A stretch of 60,893 bases of DNA, filler included. It is 3 parts of 3 records of this genome, joined end to end, with 100 filler letters (N's around TTAATTAATTAA, not from the genome) between each part and the next. Parts side by side here need not be neighbours in the genome. Positions count along the whole stretch, not along the records: positions 1 to 24,305 come from SRR20825006_590; 2 more parts are not named here. One strand, written 5' to 3'. The notes beneath the pieces were generated by a model. The model did not search any database and was not told where the DNA came from. It saw only the letters and a list, made by a program, of their open reading frames with translations. Within the stretch, counting starts at the first letter, position 1. Every line of letters begins with the position of its first letter. Position numbers and translations under genes: made by a program. Positions 1 through 9,030 of this stretch are shown in pieces.

Positions 1-238
1 GTTTGCCGCCAAGCTGCATCGACGGGAACAGTTGGATGTCAATCGCGCCCTCGGAGGCGGTGCGAATTTCCTCGATCCAGGGTTCAAAAAACTGCGTGTT
101 CATTGTTGCCGGGGCGGGCAACATCGAATGGAGTTTCAGGGTCACTTCGGCGGCATTGGCGCGCTTCAAAAACGCCGGGGTGGCCAGTGCCGCCCCCATG
201 CTCGCCAAAACCGTGCGGCGGGTGAATGATGTGGTCAT
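1..238 (-). CDS. dctP: TRAP transporter substrate-binding protein DctP family, Tat-exported (3' end outside window)
   Basis: Not in ORF track; manual translation from ATG at 238 gives MTTSFTRRTVLASMGAALATPAFLKRANAAEVTLKLHSMLPAP...FFEPWIEEIRTASEGAIDIQLFPSMQLGGK. Twin-arginine signal, DctP N-terminal motif, GGAGGAG RBS upstream. Confidence 0.88.
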   Translation of the reverse strand, partial: MTTSFTRRTVLASMGAALATPAFLKRANAAEVTLKLHSMLPAPATMNTQFFEPWIEEIRTASEGAIDIQLFPSMQLGGK

Positions 239-347
239 GTGGGTCTCCTCCCTTGTGTTCCGACGGCGTTGCGCCGGTCATGCGTTGGTGCGCTTCAATC
301 TGGCCTGCGCTTTGCCGCCTCCTCCTGCGGCAAAGGGGCCGTTTCGG

Positions 348-662
348 TCAGTCCACGGTAACGGGCAAATGCACCACAAGCCCGTCTAAATCCTCGCTCA
401 CTTTGATCTGACAGCTCAACCGCGAGCTGGGCCGCACCTCGTCTTCGGCACAGTCCAACAAATCCTCTTCGCCTTGGCTCGCCTCTCCGGTGCGTGCGTC
501 TTCAATGTAGCAATGGCAGGTGGCGCACATCATTGCGCCGCCGCATTCGGCGAAAATACCGTCGATGCTATGGGCCAGTGCCGTCTGCATCACGCTGTCT
601 CCTGCGCGTGCGCTGACGGTCTGGCTGCGGCCGTCGGGTTGGACGAATGTGATTTTCGTCAT
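348..662 (-). CDS. 2Fe-2S ferredoxin, putidaredoxin/adrenodoxin type
   Basis: CGGAMMCATCH and SRLSCQI motifs; directly downstream of the P450. Confidence 0.95.
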   Translation of the reverse strand: MTKITFVQPDGRSQTVSARAGDSVMQTALAHSIDGIFAECGGAMMCATCHCYIEDARTGEASQGEEDLLDCAEDEVRPSSRLSCQIKVSEDLDGLVVHLPVTVD

Positions 663-695
663 GGTTTAGTCCTCATTTAGTGCGTTATATTGATA

Positions 696-1871
696 TTAGG
701 CCAATGTGACTGGCAGGTTCAGTGGGCCACGAAAGCCAAAGCCACTCCAAATCACCTCCTTCGGGTCGGTCAGGGCCATGTTGGGAAAGCGCTCGAACAA
801 AAGCGGCAACATGATCTGCCCCAGCGTGCGGCGCGCGACCTGCGCCCCGGCGCAATGATGCGGGCCGCTGCCAAAGGCCTGATGCGGATGTTTGTCGCGA
901 AACACGTTGAACGCCTCGCCATCGGCATAGATCGCCTCATCGCGATTGGCGGAGGCTTGGATGGTCATCACCGTCTCGTTTGGGCCGATCACATGATCGC
1001 CGATCTGCACCTCTTGCGTGGTGCGCCGACCCGACACCTGAATGGGCGCGACCCAGCGCACACCCTCCTCGAAGGCGTCAAGCCATGCCTCTTGGCGTTT
1101 GACCTCTTCGAGTTGCTCAGGGTTGGTCAACAGCCCGTAGAGAATGGTCGCCAAAGCATCGCGCGGTTCGTTGATGCCGCCGCCAATGGCGATTTTGATA
1201 TTGGCGTACATCTGACTGACCGGGATCGGTATTTTCGCATTCAACATGACGGAAAAGGCCGAATTGTTTGGCGCGGCGATGTGACGGGGCATGACCTGTT
1301 CGAACAGCGCGTTCATTTCGGCATTGGCCGCGTCGGAGAGGGCAAAAAGTTCAGGGTCATTGCCAAAATTGCCCGCCCCGTCGATCAGGCGCTGGGACCA
1401 GCGTTGCATCTGTTCGTCCGTGGCCTCTTCCAGCCCCAACATATGCGCCAGAATGCGCGCGGCGATCGGGCCGCAAAGGTCGGCAAACAGGTCCACCGTC
1501 TCACCTTTGGGCAGGCGCGAGACATAGTCTTCTGCCAGTTTGGTATAAAGCTCGGCCCAGTCGGTGCGGATCACTTTCGGCGAAAAGGCGGGCTGCATCG
1601 CCATGCGTTCGGCCCGGTGTTCGTCACCATCCTTGCGCATCAATGTATGGGCCTGAAACGCCGGTTTCATCGGAGTCATTGGATCATCCGAGCTGAAAAT
1701 CTCCGGGTTTTCCTTGATCCATTTTGTGTGCTCAAACCGGGTGACGAAAATCCGATTGGTCTGCGCCACGCGCACCACAGGCGTCTCGGCCCGCATTTGG
1801 CGATAGATCGGGTATGGGTCTCGGGTGAGATCGGCCAATGTGACCGCCTCATTCACGGGAATGTCCAACAT
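696..1871 (-). CDS. Cytochrome P450 with atypical I-helix motif GGINEP
   Basis: Heme motif FGSGPHHCAG and ExxR (EGVR). Start placed at ATG 1871 after GGAGGAG; ORF track uses TTG 1889. Confidence 0.95.
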   Translation of the reverse strand: MLDIPVNEAVTLADLTRDPYPIYRQMRAETPVVRVAQTNRIFVTRFEHTKWIKENPEIFSSDDPMTPMKPAFQAHTLMRKDGDEHRAERMAMQPAFSPKVIRTDWAELYTKLAEDYVSRLPKGETVDLFADLCGPIAARILAHMLGLEEATDEQMQRWSQRLIDGAGNFGNDPELFALSDAANAEMNALFEQVMPRHIAAPNNSAFSVMLNAKIPIPVSQMYANIKIAIGGGINEPRDALATILYGLLTNPEQLEEVKRQEAWLDAFEEGVRWVAPIQVSGRRTTQEVQIGDHVIGPNETVMTIQASANRDEAIYADGEAFNVFRDKHPHQAFGSGPHHCAGAQVARRTLGQIMLPLLFERFPNMALTDPKEVIWSGFGFRGPLNLPVTLA

Positions 1872-1924
1872 CAACAGATCTCCTCCCAAAGCTGTGATCC
1901 TGTCAGGAAAGCAGGGCAGAGTTC

Positions 1925-1970
1925 ATCAATCAATGCGATCAATTTGATTTCACATATCTACCAAATAGAT
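1925..1970. promoter_or_regulatory. LysR-type operator boxes (ATC-N9-GAT) in the P450/LysR divergent region
   Basis: ATCAATCAATGCGAT at 1925-1939 and dyad ATCTA-CCAAA-TAGAT at 1956-1970; both fit the T-N11-A rule. Confidence 0.65.
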
Positions 1971-2008
1971 TTATAAAGCTGCTCAACCATGGCCCAAAGG
2001 AGCGTGAC

Positions 2009-2911
2009 GTGAGCAAGCCCATCGACCTTCTGGCCACAGATTTTCGCGCCCTTGATGTGTTGGTCCGGGTTTACCGCTTTGGCTCATTCACGCGCGCCGC
2101 CGAAGATCTTGAGATGAATCAATCGGTTGTCAGCTACACCATCGATAAGCTCAGAGGCGTGTTCGACGATCCACTGTTTGTTCGCGAGGCGCGTCGGCTG
2201 ATCGCGACGCAGCGCTGCGAAGAGGTGGTGGCGGAGGCGGGTCAGTTGTTGGAACGGTTTTCCCAACTGACGGCCAATCGCGATTTCGATCCGAAAGAAA
2301 GCACTCAGACGGTGACCATTGCCTGCAACTACTATGAGCGCGAGTTGATCATTCCGCACCTGGCCCATTTGATCCGCGCCGAAGCGCCGAACCTTAAAAT
2401 CGAGATTATCGATTCTTCCTATCTCGGCCATGATAAACTGTTGCGGATGGAGGCGGATTTGCTGATCGGTCCCTTCGTTCAACTGGGGGCCGCGTTTTAT
2501 ACGCGCACGCTCTATGAGGACCATTATGTTTGCATGATGGACCCGGCCCATCCAAAGGCCAAAACGGCGCTGACGATGGAGGATTACCTGACCCTCGATC
2601 ACGTCTACATCACCTACGGCGGCAAATGGAAATCGGGCTATATGCAGACCTTGGAACAAGAGGGCCACGAGATTTCCATCGCGATGCGCACGCCCAGCCC
2701 GGCGGGCATTCAAAGTCTGATCAAAGGCACCGGACTTGTCGCGACGGTGCCCGAGCGCCTGTCGCGCAAACTTGGGACGGGGCTTTTCATTGCGCGTTGT
2801 CCGGTGCCAACACCGGTGCAAATTCAGATGGTGTGGACCGCGCGCACCCATGCCTCGCGGATGCACAAATGGCTGCGCGATCTGGTGGTGCAAAGCGCGC
2901 GCAGGATGTAG
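2009..2911 (+). CDS. LysR family transcriptional regulator (NahR/DntR/NodD-like)
   Basis: N-terminal HTH SFTRAAEDLEMNQSVVSYTIDKLR...DDPLFVR; LysR substrate-binding domain; divergent from the P450. Confidence 0.93.
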   Translation: MSKPIDLLATDFRALDVLVRVYRFGSFTRAAEDLEMNQSVVSYTIDKLRGVFDDPLFVREARRLIATQRCEEVVAEAGQLLERFSQLTANRDFDPKESTQTVTIACNYYERELIIPHLAHLIRAEAPNLKIEIIDSSYLGHDKLLRMEADLLIGPFVQLGAAFYTRTLYEDHYVCMMDPAHPKAKTALTMEDYLTLDHVYITYGGKWKSGYMQTLEQEGHEISIAMRTPSPAGIQSLIKGTGLVATVPERLSRKLGTGLFIARCPVPTPVQIQMVWTARTHASRMHKWLRDLVVQSARRM

Positions 2912-2922
2912 TCCGCGGACAG

Positions 2923-4530
2923 TTAGACCGGGTTTTTGAGCCGGTAATCCAATTTCGGACGGCTCAGGCCCAATAGGCGGGCGGCGGCGGAGACATTGCC
3001 ATCGGCCTCTGCCACCGCCCGCTGTTCGATCCGCGACACCAATGCATCCACACCGATCCCCGCCTCAAAGAGTGGCACAAGCTGATCCCAAAGCTCGACA
3101 AAATCATCCTCGCCCTGCGACAGTGAGGGGGCCGAAGGCCGTGGATCAAGTCGCGCGGAGTCGAGATCATTGCGGTCAATCACCGGCGGCGCGGCGGCAC
3201 AGAGCGCGGCGCGCATCAGGGTCGCACGCAATTCGGGCAGGTTTCCGGGCCAAGCGGCGGTGCGGATGAAAGCCTTCGCCTCTTCTGTGAGCGAGGGTGC
3301 CTCAAGCCCCGGTTTTGGCCGCATCTGGGCCAGATAACACTCTGCCAGATCGGCAAGGTCATCCGGGCGCGCGGACAGCGGCGGCATTGCGGCAGGCAGG
3401 ACAGAGAGCGCGTACATCAACTCGGACCGCAGCGCCGTGTCGCGCCTTAACAGTTGCAGCGGCAGATGCGATAACCCGATGACAAGAAGGTTTTCAGGGG
3501 GGATGCCATCGGTTTTGATCATGTCGATCAACGCCACCTGAAGATCATCCGCCAACGCGTCGATCCCCTCGATGATCAACGTCTGCCCGCGCACGCCGGG
3601 GGCGGAGATGGTTTGGCGCAGGCTGTCCAAAAGCGCGGGCAGCTGTGGCGATGTGGCGTGACAGCGGTGGGTCTTGCCGTGACCAAACCGCGCGACATGG
3701 AGCCAATCGGCGGCGATGCGACAGCCCGCCCCCTCTGGTCCGGTGATCAACGCGTTCAGCCCAGCGTGAGCGATTTTTTCCAATGTGTGACGAACGGGAG
3801 CGACAACCCGGTCTTCCAATCCCGCGCCCTCCATCGGCGCGGACTTGCCCGCAGCCTTTCGGAGGCGCGAGGGCATTTCGGCCCGGTTGACCAAGACCTC
3901 ATCCAGGAACATCCGAACAAAGGGATCATCCTTGCCCCAACCGTCCACGGTCTTGCCCACCACGCGGCAGGATTTGTCACCCATCGCCGCACAGCTCACC
4001 TCTTTGTAGAGCACGAGTTTGCGAAAAAAGACGCTGGCGTAACCTGCCGCATAGCCGGTTTGGGCCCAGCAGACCGGGGCAAGCGCGCGCCCGTGGCGGC
4101 GTTGATATTCGACGGCTTCGACGGATTGATGCCATAGGAAGTCACCGGAAAACCGATCTGTTTTGAAATCAAAGTCGTTGTGCAGGGTCTCTACCCGCAC
4201 GGTGCCCGTCACCATATGTAGCCGAGTTCCGGCGGTGAATGCGTCGCCAATGTCCAGATTCGGCCAGCCTTGGCGAATGAATTCCGCATCCTCGCGCCCG
4301 TTGCGATAGCCCAAGCGCATCAGGAGCACCTTGGCCTCGTGTTCGCCAAACCGGCGGACCAATTCGTCCTGAAGGTCGGCGCCAAAGGTCGCGCGAGACA
4401 GCACCATCCGTGCGCCATGTAGCTCAATCGCGCCTTTCGAGGGGCTGAACTCAAGCGTGTCGATCAGGTCCGCCAGGGTCGGACGGCCCCCGCGGTGGAG
4501 GAGTTGTTCTTCGTCATCTGATGTTTTCAT
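2923..4530 (-). CDS. XylR/DmpR-like regulator: XylR_N + V4R sensor, degenerate AAA+ domain, Fis HTH
   Basis: XylR_N (LEFSPSKGAIELHGARMVL), V4R (VCWAQTGYAAGYAS...KEVSCAAMGDKSC), C-terminal GNVSAAARLLGLSRPKLDYRLK; AAA+ motifs degenerate. Confidence 0.9.
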   Translation of the reverse strand: MKTSDDEEQLLHRGGRPTLADLIDTLEFSPSKGAIELHGARMVLSRATFGADLQDELVRRFGEHEAKVLLMRLGYRNGREDAEFIRQGWPNLDIGDAFTAGTRLHMVTGTVRVETLHNDFDFKTDRFSGDFLWHQSVEAVEYQRRHGRALAPVCWAQTGYAAGYASVFFRKLVLYKEVSCAAMGDKSCRVVGKTVDGWGKDDPFVRMFLDEVLVNRAEMPSRLRKAAGKSAPMEGAGLEDRVVAPVRHTLEKIAHAGLNALITGPEGAGCRIAADWLHVARFGHGKTHRCHATSPQLPALLDSLRQTISAPGVRGQTLIIEGIDALADDLQVALIDMIKTDGIPPENLLVIGLSHLPLQLLRRDTALRSELMYALSVLPAAMPPLSARPDDLADLAECYLAQMRPKPGLEAPSLTEEAKAFIRTAAWPGNLPELRATLMRAALCAAAPPVIDRNDLDSARLDPRPSAPSLSQGEDDFVELWDQLVPLFEAGIGVDALVSRIEQRAVAEADGNVSAAARLLGLSRPKLDYRLKNPV

Positions 4531-4768
4531 GACGGGATATTACGCAAATGATAAAGTCATTTCACCATATAATTAATCTGCACCGCAGAAAGACTGCGAC
4601 ATTCTGGCACAATGCGAAGTTTTTATCGCAGGTAACCCCATGACATAAATCGCAATTCCTGGGCATTTTGCCCGTGCTGCAAAGCGGCGTAAATTATTTG
4701 CTTTGACGCAAATCCTCCCGACCGATCTGTTGAGTGCTGCCCTTGAAAACGGGCGAAAGGGAGGACTT

Positions 4769-5284
4769 ATGACACAGCAAAACCTTATCACGAAACTGCC
4801 GCCGGAGCCGCATGAGGCGATGATCAATCGCTTTGGCAAAGAAGGGGCGTTCATCCCCGGAGATGACAAAAATAACCCTTGGGTGCCGTTTGGCGACAGT
4901 GCCGCGATCAAACATCTGGCCTTTGATGTGCGCAGCAATTCGGTGGCCAATATTCTCTGGGTCAAAGGCGGTGGACGGATCGGCACGCACAAACATCGCG
5001 GTGTCGTTTCGGCGGTCACATTGGAGGGATCTTGGGGCTATTACGAATACGACTGGATTTCTCGTCCGGGCGATTTTGTTTATGAATTGCCGGGCACGGC
5101 GCACACGCTCTATTCCGACGATCCCAATGGCATGAAGGCGCTGTTCTGGATCAACGGGGCGATCGAATTTTTTGACGATGAAGCCAAGTATGATTTCACG
5201 GCGGATGTGTTTTGGTTCATCGACCATTACGTCAAGCATTGTGAGGCCAATGGCCTAGAGATCAACAAAGATATGTTCATCTGA
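4769..5284 (+). CDS. 2,4'-dihydroxyacetophenone dioxygenase (DAD)-family cupin
   Basis: HKHRGVVSAVTLEGSWGYYEYDW...GDFVYELPGTAHTL, with a three-His metal site as in DAD-like cupins; RBS AGGGAGGA before ATG 4769. Confidence 0.8.
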   Translation: MTQQNLITKLPPEPHEAMINRFGKEGAFIPGDDKNNPWVPFGDSAAIKHLAFDVRSNSVANILWVKGGGRIGTHKHRGVVSAVTLEGSWGYYEYDWISRPGDFVYELPGTAHTLYSDDPNGMKALFWINGAIEFFDDEAKYDFTADVFWFIDHYVKHCEANGLEINKDMFI

Positions 5285-5312
5285 TCCTGCGGGACCGAAG
5301 GGAGGAGACCGC

Positions 5313-6149
5313 ATGTCTTTGGAGAGCATGTTCGATGTGGCAGGCAAATCTGTCCTTGTGACGGGGGCCGCTTATGGCTTGGGTCGGGCCTATGCCGAGA
5401 TCATGGCCGCGCAGGGCGCGCATGTGAGTTTGCTTGATCTGAACGCGGATCAGCTTGCGCGCACCGTGGCGGAGATCGCCGCCACAGACCCGCGCGGCAC
5501 GATCCACGCAGAGGTGGTTGACGTGACCGACCGCGCGGCAATGGATGCGGTGTTTGACACCGTCTCAGTGCGTCAGGGCGGCATCGACGTGGTGTTTGCC
5601 AATGCGGGTGTGGATGCCGGGCCGGGGTTCTTGACCCCCGAAGGCCACCGCAACCCGGACGGCGAGATCGACAATCTCGATGACGCCCATTGGGATAAGG
5701 TGATCGGGATCAATCTGACCTCGATCTACTACACGATGAAACTTGCCGCCCGGCATATGAAACGGCAAGGACGCGGCGGGTCGATCATCGCCACCTCGTC
5801 AATTGCGGCCTTTTATGTCGATGGCATCGTCGGCACGCCCTACATGCCCGCAAAGGCCGGGGTCAGCCATCTGGTCAAACAGTTGGCGATGGAGCTTGGC
5901 CGCTACGGCATCCGCGTCAATGCGATCTGTCCGGGGCCGTTCATCACCAATATTGCCGGGGGGCGGATGGCGAATGCGGAGGATCGTCAGGCTTTCGTTC
6001 GCTGGTCCTGTCTGGGCCGTGTGGCCGAGACCGAGGAGATCAAGCCGCTGGCGCTTTATCTGGCCTCGAACGCCTCCGGCTATGTCACCGGATCGCAAAT
6101 GGTGATCGACGGCGGGCTGATCCTACGCCCCGCGCCGGAACTCGACTGA
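5313..6149 (+). CDS. SDR family NAD(P)-dependent oxidoreductase
   Basis: TGAAYGLG, ANAG, catalytic YMPAK, VNAICPG, VIDGG. Confidence 0.93.
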   Translation: MSLESMFDVAGKSVLVTGAAYGLGRAYAEIMAAQGAHVSLLDLNADQLARTVAEIAATDPRGTIHAEVVDVTDRAAMDAVFDTVSVRQGGIDVVFANAGVDAGPGFLTPEGHRNPDGEIDNLDDAHWDKVIGINLTSIYYTMKLAARHMKRQGRGGSIIATSSIAAFYVDGIVGTPYMPAKAGVSHLVKQLAMELGRYGIRVNAICPGPFITNIAGGRMANAEDRQAFVRWSCLGRVAETEEIKPLALYLASNASGYVTGSQMVIDGGLILRPAPELD

Positions 6150-6262
6150 CCACGGCGTGCGGCCCGCGAAGGCCGCCCGCCATACAGCACGACATAGCAC
6201 AGGCGTCACGACCAAGGGCTTGGAGGAGCTCCGTGACGCATAAAATTAAGGGAGGACCTAAC

Positions 6263-7561
6263 ATGACACTGAACATCCATCCGCACAGCCATCTTGACCG
6301 GCGCAGCCTGCTTAAGGGGTTGGGGGCGGTCACCGCCGCCACCATCGCACTGCCCCATGCGGCACGGGCCAAGGGGGCAAAGACCATCAAGATCGGGGTG
6401 ATCAGCCCAATGACCGGACCGCTGTCGCTGTTTGGCGACACCGATGATTATACCGTCACCAAGATCATGGATTTGGTCAAAGACGGGATCGAGATCGGCG
6501 GAGAGACCTATAATGTTGAAATCCTGTTGCGGGATGCGCAATCGAACCCCAACAAAGCGGCCGAACTCGCCGGTGATTTGATCCTCAACGACGAGGTGCA
6601 TTTTATGTTGCCCGCCTCGGCCACAGACATCAACAACCCGACCGCAGATCAGTGCGAACTCTACGGCGTGCCCTGTATCTCGTCGAACTCGCCCTGGCAG
6701 GCCTTTGTCATGCCGCGTGGCGGGGCCGAACAGCCGTTCGATTGGACCTATCACTTCTTTTGGGGTCTTGAGGACGTGTTGGGCACGTTCACCGGCATGT
6801 GGAAATCCATCGACACCAACGGCAAGGTCGGGATGCTGTTCCCACGCAACGCCGACGGTGAAACCTGGGGGAGTGACGAATACGGTCTGCCGCCTGCCGT
6901 GCGGGCCGCGGGCTTTGAGGCCTTCGCGCCGTCGATGTTTGAGCCGCGCACCAATGATTTCTCCGCCCAGATCGCAGAGTTCAAAAACAACAATTGTGAG
7001 ATCGTCGGTGGCATCACCTATGTCGCTGATCTCAAAACCTTTATCACCCAGTGCAACCAACAAAACTATCACCCCAAAGTGGTGACTGTGGCGGCGGCAC
7101 TTTTGTTCCCGTCCGGGATCGAGGCGATGGGCGATTTGGGCGTGGGGATGTCCTCTGAAGTCTGGTGGACGCCTGCCTTCCCTTACACCTCTTCGCTAAC
7201 TGGCCAAACCAGCCGCGACATTGCAGATGCTTGGGAGGCGGAAACCGGCAATCAATGGACCCAACCTTTGGGCTATGCGCATGCACTCTGGGAGGTCGTT
7301 CTCGACACCCTCAAACGCTCTGAGGACCCGCTGGACCGGGCGGCCAACCGCGATGCGCTCAAATCCACCGATCTCGACACGCTTGTTGGCACCATCCGCT
7401 TTGGCGATGGCCCGCATCCGAACATCTGCAAAACGCCGATTTTTGGCGGCCAATGGGTTAAAGGCGAAACATGGCCGTTCGATCTCAAGATTGTGGACAC
7501 GTCGCTTCATCCCGATGTGCTTCAACCCGAAGCGGAAATGCTCCCGCTGGACTGGTCATAA
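6263..7561 (+). CDS. LIV/HAAT-type ABC transporter substrate-binding protein, Tat-exported
   Basis: DRRSLLKG twin-arginine signal; IKIGVISPMTGPLSLFG; DFSAQIAEFK; heads the ABC operon. Confidence 0.9.
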   Translation: MTLNIHPHSHLDRRSLLKGLGAVTAATIALPHAARAKGAKTIKIGVISPMTGPLSLFGDTDDYTVTKIMDLVKDGIEIGGETYNVEILLRDAQSNPNKAAELAGDLILNDEVHFMLPASATDINNPTADQCELYGVPCISSNSPWQAFVMPRGGAEQPFDWTYHFFWGLEDVLGTFTGMWKSIDTNGKVGMLFPRNADGETWGSDEYGLPPAVRAAGFEAFAPSMFEPRTNDFSAQIAEFKNNNCEIVGGITYVADLKTFITQCNQQNYHPKVVTVAAALLFPSGIEAMGDLGVGMSSEVWWTPAFPYTSSLTGQTSRDIADAWEAETGNQWTQPLGYAHALWEVVLDTLKRSEDPLDRAANRDALKSTDLDTLVGTIRFGDGPHPNICKTPIFGGQWVKGETWPFDLKIVDTSLHPDVLQPEAEMLPLDWS

Positions 7562-7570
7562 GGCGCAGCC

Positions 7571-8299
7571 ATGACAGATCAGGCGATTTTGTCAGCGAAA
7601 GGGCTGACCAAGCGCTTCGGCGCACTCACCGTGGTGGAAGACGTCAGTTTTGACGTTGGCCGCGGTGAGGTGCTGGGCATTCTCGGGCCGAATGGTGCGG
7701 GGAAAACCACGTTGTTCAACCTGATCAGTGGCGATTTGGCCGCGAATGGGGGGGAGCTGTCTTTGGACGGCTCTCCACTGCGGGCCGAGCCGCCGTTCAA
7801 ACGCTGCAAACGTGGGATTGGGCGCACCTATCAGGTGCCCCAACCCTTTGGCGCGATGACAGCCTTTGAAAACCTGTTGGTGCCGGCGATGATGAGTGCG
7901 CGGATGAGCGAGGCGGAGGCCAATGACCATTGTGCCGAGGTGCTGCGTGACTGTGGGCTGTTGCCCTATGCCAACACGGCGGCGGGCAGTCTGACGCTGT
8001 TGAACCGCAAACGGCTTGAACTGGCGCGTGCACTTGCGGGGCGGCCCAAACTTTTGCTGCTCGACGAGATCGCGGGCGGTTTGACCGAAGCGGAAGGCGC
8101 CGAACTGGTCGAATTGGTGCGCCGGGTGCGCGACCAAGGCGTGACCATCATTTGGATTGAACATGTGCTGCACGCGCTCATGGCGGTGGCAAACCGGGTC
8201 ATGGTGCTCAATTTTGGCGTCAAAATCGCCGAAGGCACTCCCGACGCCGTCATGCAAGACGCCGAGGTGCAGCGCGTTTACATGGGGATCGAAGCATGA
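7571..8299 (+). CDS. LIV-type ABC ATPase (LivG-like)
   Basis: GPNGAGKTT, LLLLDEIAGGL, IEH motifs. Confidence 0.93.
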   Translation: MTDQAILSAKGLTKRFGALTVVEDVSFDVGRGEVLGILGPNGAGKTTLFNLISGDLAANGGELSLDGSPLRAEPPFKRCKRGIGRTYQVPQPFGAMTAFENLLVPAMMSARMSEAEANDHCAEVLRDCGLLPYANTAAGSLTLLNRKRLELARALAGRPKLLLLDEIAGGLTEAEGAELVELVRRVRDQGVTIIWIEHVLHALMAVANRVMVLNFGVKIAEGTPDAVMQDAEVQRVYMGIEA

Positions 8300-9030
8300 G
8301 TGACACACCCATTTTATCGACGCATGGCCTCACAGGAGGCTACGGCGATTTTCAGGCGCTGTTTGGCATCGACATGCACATTGATGCGGGCGAAGTCGTT
8401 GCCCTGATCGGTGCGAACGGAGCCGGGAAATCGACGTTTCTGAAATCCATTTTCGGCCTCTTGCCGGTGGATCGGGATATGGTGAAATTCGAGGGCAACC
8501 CTGTTGGCGGGACGCCCGCCCATATGATGGTTCGGCGCGGCATCGCCATGGTGCCCGAAGGACGCAGGCTTTTTGTCGGCATGACGGTCGAGGAAAACCT
8601 GCGCATCGCGATTGACAATGCGCGCCTGCCGGAAGGCGAGGGGCCATGGACCCGCGAGCACCTGTTCGATCTGTTTCCGATCCTGCGTGAAAAACGGCGG
8701 CAACCGATTGAAGATCTGTCCGGCGGACAACAGCAAATGGTTGCGATTTCGCGCGCGCTTTTGTGCCAGCCCAAGGTGCTGTTGTGCGACGAGATCAGTC
8801 TGGGTCTTGCGCCCAAAGTGATCCGCGAAATTTACGAAATCCTCCCGGAAATCTGCGCCTCTGGCACCGCCATTGTGTTGGTCGAACAAGACGTAGGCCT
8901 CGCGCGAGAGGCCTCAAATCGGCTGTATTGTATGCTCGAAGGACGTATCACATTGACTGGCGTCTCACAGGACATCTCCCGCGACGCCATCGCCGCGGCC
9001 TATTTTGGAGCGTCTCATGCAGTGGCTTGA
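8296..9030 (+). CDS. LIV-type ABC ATPase (LivF-like)
   Basis: GANGAGKST, VPEGRRLF, LSGGQQQM, DEISLGLAP. Confidence 0.93.
   Translation: MSDTPILSTHGLTGGYGDFQALFGIDMHIDAGEVVALIGANGAGKSTFLKSIFGLLPVDRDMVKFEGNPVGGTPAHMMVRRGIAMVPEGRRLFVGMTVEENLRIAIDNARLPEGEGPWTREHLFDLFPILREKRRQPIEDLSGGQQQMVAISRALLCQPKVLLCDEISLGLAPKVIREIYEILPEICASGTAIVLVEQDVGLAREASNRLYCMLEGRITLTGVSQDISRDAIAAAYFGASHAVA

Noticed and set aside
690-1976. 428-aa plus-strand ORF, and similar long antisense ORFs (19218-20675, 37509-39095, 42647-44209, 49113-50663, 52018-53433)
   Set aside because: Antisense shadows of well-supported genes in GC-rich DNA; no recognisable motifs
4605-4620. TGGCAC as a sigma54 -24 element upstream of the cupin operon
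   Set aside because: No GC at the required -12 spacing
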